DNA from: an uncultured Actinomycetota bacterium
GTDB lineage: Bacteria; Actinomycetota; Thermoleophilia; Solirubrobacterales; Solirubrobacteraceae
Reading direction: 5' to 3'
DNA length: 64,000 bases
Assembly: GCA_963805565.1 (NCBI GenBank)
Contig: CAWDUK010000004.1
Coordinates: 401,938 to 465,937 of the forward strand
Shown: in pieces, positions 63,722 through 64,000 of the stretch
How positions within the stretch are numbered: position 1 is the stretch's first letter
Layout of the letters: each line of letters starts with the position of its first letter
Translations under genes and position numbers: made by a program
The notes under the pieces: model-generated
What the model was told of the DNA's origin: nothing
Database searches by the model: none
The model's input: only the letters and a program-made list of their open reading frames with translations

Positions 63722-64000
63722 GTCTGCGAGGCGAGCGAGCGGCCCTCGCCGGAGGCCGCCCCCTCCACGGCGTCGGCCTGCCCCGCGCCCGCGGTTGCCT
63801 TGATCCCTGTGCGGGCCCGCTCGAGTGCGGCGGTGATGAAGCCGCGGAACATCGGTGCGGGTCGCTCGGGGCGGGACTTGAACTCCGGATGGAACTGGGA
63901 GGCCAGGAAGAAGGGATGATCGTCGAGCTCTATCCCCTCGACCAGCCGTTCGCCGGGCGAGGTGCCGGAGATCCTCAAGCCGGCGCTCTGCAGGCGGCTG
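63718..64000 (-). CDS. pyrG: CTP synthase, C-terminal end only (gene continues past the right window edge)
   Basis: ...[40 protein letters not shown]... is the glutamine amidotransferase domain tail. The reading frame is open to position 64000. Confidence 0.9.
   Translation of the reverse strand, partial: SRLQSAGLRISGTSPGERLVEGIELDDHPFFLASQFHPEFKSRPERPAPMFRGFITAALERARTGIKATAGAGQADAVEGAASGEGRSLASQT

Noticed and set aside
1-64000. CRISPR arrays, rRNA genes, prophage or integrase genes, and direct repeats of the tRNA 3' ends marking island boundaries
   Set aside because: Reading through the window, I saw no regularly spaced repeat-spacer structure, no rRNA-like sequence and no phage or tyrosine-integrase gene other than chromosomal xerD. 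I also saw no duplicated tRNA 3' segment. A computational repeat search would be needed to be certain.

Overview
This is a 64-kb, gene-dense window of about 70% G+C that looks actinobacterial. That taxon call is inference, based on an F420-type LLM oxidoreductase, a mycothiol-type formaldehyde dehydrogenase, and dgt-dnaG-tRNA-Asn and pyrG...xerD synteny. Core blocks: argG; a translationally coupled trmH-pheS-pheT-argC-argJ-argB-argD chain; infC-rpmI-rplT; thrS; dnaG-dgt; recO; mutM-deoB-xerD; pyrG (partial). Four accessory segments lie between them. (i) 2.4-7.7 kb, between argG and argD: a lower-GC membrane protein, a small nucleotidyltransferase gene pair preceded by phased direct repeats, and a CHASE-GGDEF-EAL protein with degenerate catalytic motifs. 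(ii) 19.9-35 kb: DsbA-like protein, SDR, ring-cleaving dioxygenase, class II Fic, an IS630-family copy with TA duplication, an ABC-2 exporter behind an 883-aa seven-bladed propeller/IPT protein, and a four-gene cyclic-nucleotide module. (iii) 35-41.7 kb: MmyB-type regulator/MFS/cupin and a MacB-type ABC pair. (iv) 41.7-54.8 kb, bounded by tRNA-Met and tRNA-Asn: a lower-GC orphan solute-binding protein, LacI, a TMADH-family flavoprotein, a formaldehyde-detoxification operon with a GAF-wHTH regulator, and SDR/LLM/glycosyltransferase genes. There are two tRNAs; I saw no rRNA, CRISPR array or prophage. The most unusual observation is a 3.9-kb stretch (30.77-34.63 kb) where four consecutive genes of the cyclic-nucleotide module need roughly 20 frame switches to be read, against only one elsewhere in the window (in the IS630 transposase). 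This could be a local assembly artefact or very recent decay of the module. All calls come from reading the ORF track and sequence by eye. No searches or computations were run, and G+C statements are visual estimates.
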